From NCBI GenBank assembly GCA_965216315.1, contig CBDCFN010000016.1:416001-480000 (forward strand): a DNA stretch of 64,000 nucleotides, read 5' to 3'. This document shows positions 59,525-64,000 of this stretch, one piece after another; the first letter of the stretch is position 1, and each line of letters starts with the position of its first letter. The notes under the pieces are model-generated. The model was not told the origin of the DNA. It did no database searches and saw only the letters and a list, made by a program, of their open reading frames with translations. The stretch comes from a bacterium (GTDB taxonomy: Bacteria > UBA10199 > 2-02-FULL-50-16 > JAJFLM01). The position numbers were made by a program, and so were the translations under genes.

Positions 59525-60960
59525 AGAGGACATCAGCAAAAGAGTATGCGCGCAAACGCCGGTTTAAATATGGTGCCTATGCCTTGATAGTGACAACCTC
59601 GATCGTTGGTCTTTTTGTGGTGGCGTATGTTGGAGCAAGTCGAACAAATTGGCGTTTTGATTTTACGGAAAACAGTTCCTTCACTTTGTCCGAGCAGACA
59701 TTGAGCGTGCTTGATCAGCTTAAAGAGCCGATCATGATACGGGCATTTTTTCGACGTGGTGGAGATATTGACCAAGTCTTTATTCGGCGCAAGGTTGACG
59801 ATGTGTTACGTGAATATGCAGCCCGAAGCCGTCACATTGATTACGCAATGGTGGATCCTGATGTTGGCTTGGAACAAACAGTGTCCTATGGCATTCAGCA
59901 AGATGGAACCATTGTATTTCAGTCAGCAAATCGACGGAAAGACATATATCAGTCTGTCCTGTTCAACTATCCGAGTCTTGCAGATGAGTCGGTTCCTCTC
60001 TTTGTCGGTGAATCACTCTTTACGAATGCTATTCTAAGTCTCAATCAGGAGGATACGCCGAGCGTGTGCCTTCTGGAAGGGCATGGTGAGAGGGATACGA
60101 CTTCGCCCGAAGCGGATGGGTTGAGCCAACTCATGTCCGTCTTGAAAAATGAGAATTATTTGGTGGAGTCCGTATCCATGGGGACGGATGTCGACTGGCA
60201 TAAGCGCTGCGATCTCTTGATAGTGGCAGGGCCGAAACTCGGGTTTCATGCGGTAGAAGACCGCAGGCTTAAACGCTATCTACTGGACGGAAAAAAACTC
60301 ATATTGATGGTGGATCCGCAGACGCAGCCACAACTTAAGGAAACCCTGGCAACCGTCGGTATCGTATTTGAACCGGCAGTGATTTTCGATCCGGACCGGC
60401 ACTTTGTATTAGGAGCACATTATCCTACGGCTAAAGTACTACAACATGAGATTACCGACAGAATCCTGCAATTAAAATTGAGCCCCGTTTTCTATCTCGC
60501 GCGCCCTTTAAGTGTGAAATTGCCGGATGAAGAATCATTTGAAGCGGCGAAACTTCTCCTGACGAGTCCTGTCGCCTGGGGTGAGACGCAGCTCAAGGCC
60601 CAGACAAAGGCGACGCCAGATCCAAAGGAGGACTTCAAAGGGCCCCTAGCCATGGCCGTTGCGCTGGTGCAAAAGCAGGGAGAAGCGGAGCGGCCGTCGG
60701 CATTATTATATGGAGATTCTAATTTCATAACAAATGGCCTCATCCAAGTTCCTGGTAACAAAGATCTGTTTCTTAATGGGGTTGCATGGTTGCTGGGCCA
60801 ACAAGCGCAAATATCAATTCGGCCGCGTCAACCGGATTTTCGCCCTCTTGTGCTGGAGCCTGAGACGACTCGGTGGGTCGCATTAACGACAGAGGTTATT
60901 TATCCCGGTTTGATATTGAGCGGTGGGCTATTTTATTGGTGGCGGCGGAAGAGACGATGA
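59515..60960 (+). CDS. GldG-like ABC auxiliary protein
   Basis: DFT....TLS.QT, GHGE, L.VAGP, GDSNF, N.DLFLN...WL and a C-terminal TM followed by RRKRR. Confidence 0.85.
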   Translation: MEVKRTSAKEYARKRRFKYGAYALIVTTSIVGLFVVAYVGASRTNWRFDFTENSSFTLSEQTLSVLDQLKEPIMIRAFFRRGGDIDQVFIRRKVDDVLREYAARSRHIDYAMVDPDVGLEQTVSYGIQQDGTIVFQSANRRKDIYQSVLFNYPSLADESVPLFVGESLFTNAILSLNQEDTPSVCLLEGHGERDTTSPEADGLSQLMSVLKNENYLVESVSMGTDVDWHKRCDLLIVAGPKLGFHAVEDRRLKRYLLDGKKLILMVDPQTQPQLKETLATVGIVFEPAVIFDPDRHFVLGAHYPTAKVLQHEITDRILQLKLSPVFYLARPLSVKLPDEESFEAAKLLLTSPVAWGETQLKAQTKATPDPKEDFKGPLAMAVALVQKQGEAERPSALLYGDSNFITNGLIQVPGNKDLFLNGVAWLLGQQAQISIRPRQPDFRPLVLEPETTRWVALTTEVIYPGLILSGGLFYWWRRKRR

Positions 60961-61490
60961 AGTTGTTTGTCAAAGCAACTCTGTATGCGGTGGCTTTCGT
61001 AGCCGCCTTATTTTTTTTAATGAAAGGACAGGAAGATCACGGTGAACTTCATCTGTGGGAGTTCAGTATTGAAGAAATTCAGTCTGTAGCTATCACTTCA
61101 GTTGAACAGAAGTATCAGGTTAAACGTGAACAAGGAAAATGGAAAATTGATATCGCCGGTGATTCTTGGGAAGGCGATGAGAACGCGATAAGCCTGTGGT
61201 TGCGACCGCTCTTGCATCCACACGCCAAAGCCATCTTGGGCGGCTCGAAGGAGGCCATTCTCAATTACGAAGATTATGGCTTGGTGAATCCTTCATCGCG
61301 AATCATTATCCATTTAAATGCGGGTAAGAAGTGGGAGCTATTAATTGGACGCCGCAGTCCTTTGGGGGATAGTTATTATGTTCAACCTGCGGGTGTTTCG
61401 GCGGTATACCTGCTGTCAATTGACGAGTTGAGAGAGTTTCTGGATGGAAAGGTAGAACGGCTTAAGGCGAAGGCGTCCACTCGCCCTTGA
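60957..61490 (+). CDS. DUF4340-like protein
   Basis: N-terminal TM and YGL..P...L.IG..SP....YYV. ATG overlaps the GldG-like stop codon. Confidence 0.7.
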   Translation: MKLFVKATLYAVAFVAALFFLMKGQEDHGELHLWEFSIEEIQSVAITSVEQKYQVKREQGKWKIDIAGDSWEGDENAISLWLRPLLHPHAKAILGGSKEAILNYEDYGLVNPSSRIIIHLNAGKKWELLIGRRSPLGDSYYVQPAGVSAVYLLSIDELREFLDGKVERLKAKASTRP

Positions 61491-62721
61491 GTCGTTTGAG
61501 TTCATATTTTACAATGGTCCTCAGTATTTTAGGCTCGACCCAACCGCTAAGATAGCGACCATTGATGTAGATAGCCGGTGTACCGCTAATTTTGATCGAA
61601 TTACCGAGTTCGACATCTTGAGCAAGACGACCTTCAATTTGATTTGAAGCAATGCATTCTCCCAGCGCTGCTGCAGTCATTCCGATCTCAGGCGCAAGCG
61701 TTTTCGTCAATAGACTATGGGAAATGCGTTTTTGGTTTTCAAAGATGAGGTCATGAAACTTCCAGAATGCCAAGTCACCCTTCTCCTGGTAAACACATAG
61801 TGCGGCCTTAGCTGCAATGCAAGCGGCGGGGTGCATTGCTTGTTGCATCGCCGGATTACATGACTGATCAAGGGGATAATTATTGAAAACGATGCGCACG
61901 TCGTTGCGAAACTTACCTAAATAAGGTTTGAGGCTGAATGCGGCGCGGCGGCAGAAGGGGCATTGAAAGTCGCTAAATTCCGCTATGGTTATCGGAGCCT
62001 CTTTGTTACCTAAAATTGGTTTCCCTTCCGTTGGAATTTCTATGGGCTCTTGACTGTAAAAATGACGAAGTAATGATTGCTCGCTAAATTGAGGCGGACC
62101 CGAATGCGCTCGTTCATTGAGGCCAAAAAAGAACAGGATGCCCACGCCAAAAATGACAATGCTAGATACAAGGTACTGAACAAATGAAGTGCGTTTCGTC
62201 TCTTCATCGGGCGCCTTGAATGTGCGACTAAAATAATCTCCGATAAAATGGATGAGTTTCCAGATTGGCGTCTTGGTAGCGATTAAAAGCAAGATGAAAA
62301 TCGCGACTGCCAAGATGTGAGAGCCCATGCAAAAAAGGCAGATGATGCGGAGCTTTGCCGTCAGGAGATAGGCCATATAGAGGCTATAGAGTGCCGCGGC
62401 ACCGCTGGCGAGCAGTAGGAATTCGAGAATGGAGCGCTGGCGTTGCGAGGAGGCGAGCGCCCAGATTAGCAAAATAGCCGCTACGGCATAATAAAGGAAA
62501 CCCAGCTCAGAGTTAGGGATATTAAGTACATGGGCATATTCGCTCGTTAAGGCGGTATCGCAGTCGATAAAGGAGGAAAGCGTGCAAAAACTCTTTTGCA
62601 TCAGGCCTTCATTGGCAATGCGATAATGCTGGGCCGTGAGAAGGGCCGTATCAATCAGGCCGAGGATCGCTGCAAAAAGGCTTGCGAAAATCCATTTTCG
62701 AGGTGATGATTCTTGCGCCAT
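61462..62721 (-). CDS. VKOR-DsbA/thioredoxin fusion protein
   Basis: VKOR loop cysteines (SFC...IDC..AL.S) and CLFC. Thioredoxin domain EFSDFQCPFC and GTP..YING. Confidence 0.9.
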   Translation of the reverse strand: MAQESSPRKWIFASLFAAILGLIDTALLTAQHYRIANEGLMQKSFCTLSSFIDCDTALTSEYAHVLNIPNSELGFLYYAVAAILLIWALASSQRQRSILEFLLLASGAAALYSLYMAYLLTAKLRIICLFCMGSHILAVAIFILLLIATKTPIWKLIHFIGDYFSRTFKAPDEETKRTSFVQYLVSSIVIFGVGILFFFGLNERAHSGPPQFSEQSLLRHFYSQEPIEIPTEGKPILGNKEAPITIAEFSDFQCPFCRRAAFSLKPYLGKFRNDVRIVFNNYPLDQSCNPAMQQAMHPAACIAAKAALCVYQEKGDLAFWKFHDLIFENQKRISHSLLTKTLAPEIGMTAAALGECIASNQIEGRLAQDVELGNSIKISGTPAIYINGRYLSGWVEPKILRTIVKYELKRLKGEWTPSP

Positions 62722-62752
62722 GAAGCTCAGTTTAATAGCGAAAAGGGTGGTA

Positions 62753-63502
62753 ATGATCAAGCATGTGCTGATTCTAGCCGTATTATTCTTAATTCCTCAA
62801 CCGGGTATGGCCGCGATAGATACGGTGGAAGGTCTTCATCGGGAGGTTTCGGCTCGCCTAGCCGCTTTCGAAGAGGAGCTGTCACTGCGGGAACGTCGGA
62901 CGATGAACCGGGTGTCCTGGAAAGAACGGATGTCGCTGTCCCCGGGGCTTCGTGATAAATATCAGCAGTGGCACCAGTTGCTCGAGCAGGAAGAAAAATG
63001 GCGGAAAGGAATTGAACTCAAGCAAGAGCTCTTGGCATTACACGATAAGGCTATGGCGAGCCGTCAAGAGGTGCAGGCTGAAGCGGACCGCATCAGCCGC
63101 GAGGTGCTTGAGATTATGTATCGTTACCGCAAGGAATGGAAGATGCTCAATATGGCCCTGTTTCAGAATATGCTCATTAATATGAAACTTAAAGACAAGG
63201 GTTTTTGCTGGCATTGGGTGGAAAAATTTGTGGGTACTTTACGGCCGATTGGATTTAAGCATTTTGATTTTCATTGGGGTGTCGCGTATGAGGGGAAGTT
63301 GCGGGAGAATAATGCCCTTGTCATTGTGAGCCTCGGGTCCCCTTTCGAAACGGGACTGGCTATCGATGCATGGCGCTCATCGGGGAGGCCGTTTTGGCGA
63401 CTGGTCAAAAAAGATCGTTTCCCTTGGGTCAAGCGCGATGAGTCGCAAATTGAAATCGGCGAATATGATGAAGAAGCAGATGTATCTGCCAAGCAGCAAT
63501 AG
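62753..63502 (+). CDS. Exported hypothetical protein
   Basis: Signal-peptide-like start MIKHVLILAVLFLIPQPGMAA, coiled coil, then GFCWHW...DAWRSSG. Confidence 0.65.
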   Translation: MIKHVLILAVLFLIPQPGMAAIDTVEGLHREVSARLAAFEEELSLRERRTMNRVSWKERMSLSPGLRDKYQQWHQLLEQEEKWRKGIELKQELLALHDKAMASRQEVQAEADRISREVLEIMYRYRKEWKMLNMALFQNMLINMKLKDKGFCWHWVEKFVGTLRPIGFKHFDFHWGVAYEGKLRENNALVIVSLGSPFETGLAIDAWRSSGRPFWRLVKKDRFPWVKRDESQIEIGEYDEEADVSAKQQ

Positions 63503-63508
63503 CATTTC

Positions 63509-64000
63509 ATGTCACAACACGAATATCAGGTTATAAGCCTCACGGTATCTCCGGAAGATACGGATTGGGTTCAGGGTGAACTCTATGCACAGGGTTGCCT
63601 TGGCTTGATTGAGGAGGAGGGGGCAGCAGGGCAGGTCATATTAAAGGCGTACTTCGAAATTGATGAAAAGATTGGTGAGCGACTCAAATATTTTAATTCG
63701 AATCTTCCGTCGGCATGTAAGGCGGCAGAGATCAAGCTAAACGCCTCGGACTTTAAACCTGCGCCCTTCGAACCGATTCAGTTGGCCGGTGATTTCTGGA
63801 TTGTTCCGCCGGAGGACATGCTCGTAGATGCTGAAAAGTCGGGTGATCAGCTTGCAAGGCCCGGCTTTGCCGAGTCGCGCAGCAAGCTCGAAGGAGCTTG
63901 CGTAGTGATAAGGCCCGGCATGGCCTTCGGAACCGGCCGCCATGAAACGACTCAGCTTTGTGCCGAGGCTATGCTCAAAATGGATCCAGTGCCAGGCTCA
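63509..64000 (+). CDS. prmA: Ribosomal protein L11 methyltransferase, 3'-truncated (absent from ORF track)
   Basis: ATG 63509 is in frame with FWIVPP and VIRPGMAFGTGRHETTQLC. The frame runs off the window end. Confidence 0.9.
   Translation, partial: MSQHEYQVISLTVSPEDTDWVQGELYAQGCLGLIEEEGAAGQVILKAYFEIDEKIGERLKYFNSNLPSACKAAEIKLNASDFKPAPFEPIQLAGDFWIVPPEDMLVDAEKSGDQLARPGFAESRSKLEGACVVIRPGMAFGTGRHETTQLCAEAMLKMDPVPGS

Noticed and set aside
57893..61490. GldA/F/G-like genes as evidence of Bacteroidetes-type gliding motility
   Set aside because: This ABC module with DUF4340 is widespread in non-gliding bacteria, and no motor or T9SS genes are present here.
62636..62760. Head-to-head overlap of VKOR-DsbA and the downstream hypothetical gene
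   Set aside because: Disappears when the more plausible ATGs (62721 minus, 62753 plus) are used.
1..64000. tRNA, rRNA or IS transposase genes
   Set aside because: None recognised by eye. A tRNAscan or Infernal run would be needed to exclude small RNAs in the intergenic regions at 43363-43642 and 50091-50452.

Overview
Bacterial chromosomal window, probably from a deltaproteobacteria-like lineage (Myxococcota, Bdellovibrionota or UBA10199-type). That placement is inferred from a MYXO-CTERM adhesin, a ChaN-like protein, the GldAFG-DUF4340 cluster and a VKOR-DsbA fusion. There are three blocks. (1) 1-28162: the 3' part of a large, visibly AT-richer, + strand Wzx/Wzy surface-polysaccharide locus. 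It has two flippases, WbpB/D/E-type diamino-uronate genes, a HisH2/HisF2/WbuX acetamidino module, a split transketolase, two P-loop kinase-like genes and a PglF/CapD dehydratase. (2) 28170-40124: a tandem array of eight minus-strand paralogous lipoprotein-like genes (Cys-containing FN3-like domain plus LamG/ConA-like domain). They show patchwork near-identical DNA, and five of the eight carry an unusually long Ser/Thr-rich leader before the lipobox. (3) 40223-64000: mixed core and accessory genes, including an Aur1-like inositol-lipid synthase, ino1, a sigma54-preceded M15 peptidase, comM/yifB, an adhesin, trxB, a 1066-aa orphan hiding a GpsA-like domain, ssb, pal-cpoB, gldAFG-like ABC genes, VKOR-DsbA and a partial prmA. 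The most notable signal is a fixed-spacing bipartite motif, RCAAC(TTTTT)-N10-NCGAH, found seven times. It precedes every transcription unit of the LamG array and two orphan genes, which suggests an uncharacterised alternative-sigma regulon of possibly exported proteins. All calls come from reading the sequence by eye; no database searches were run.
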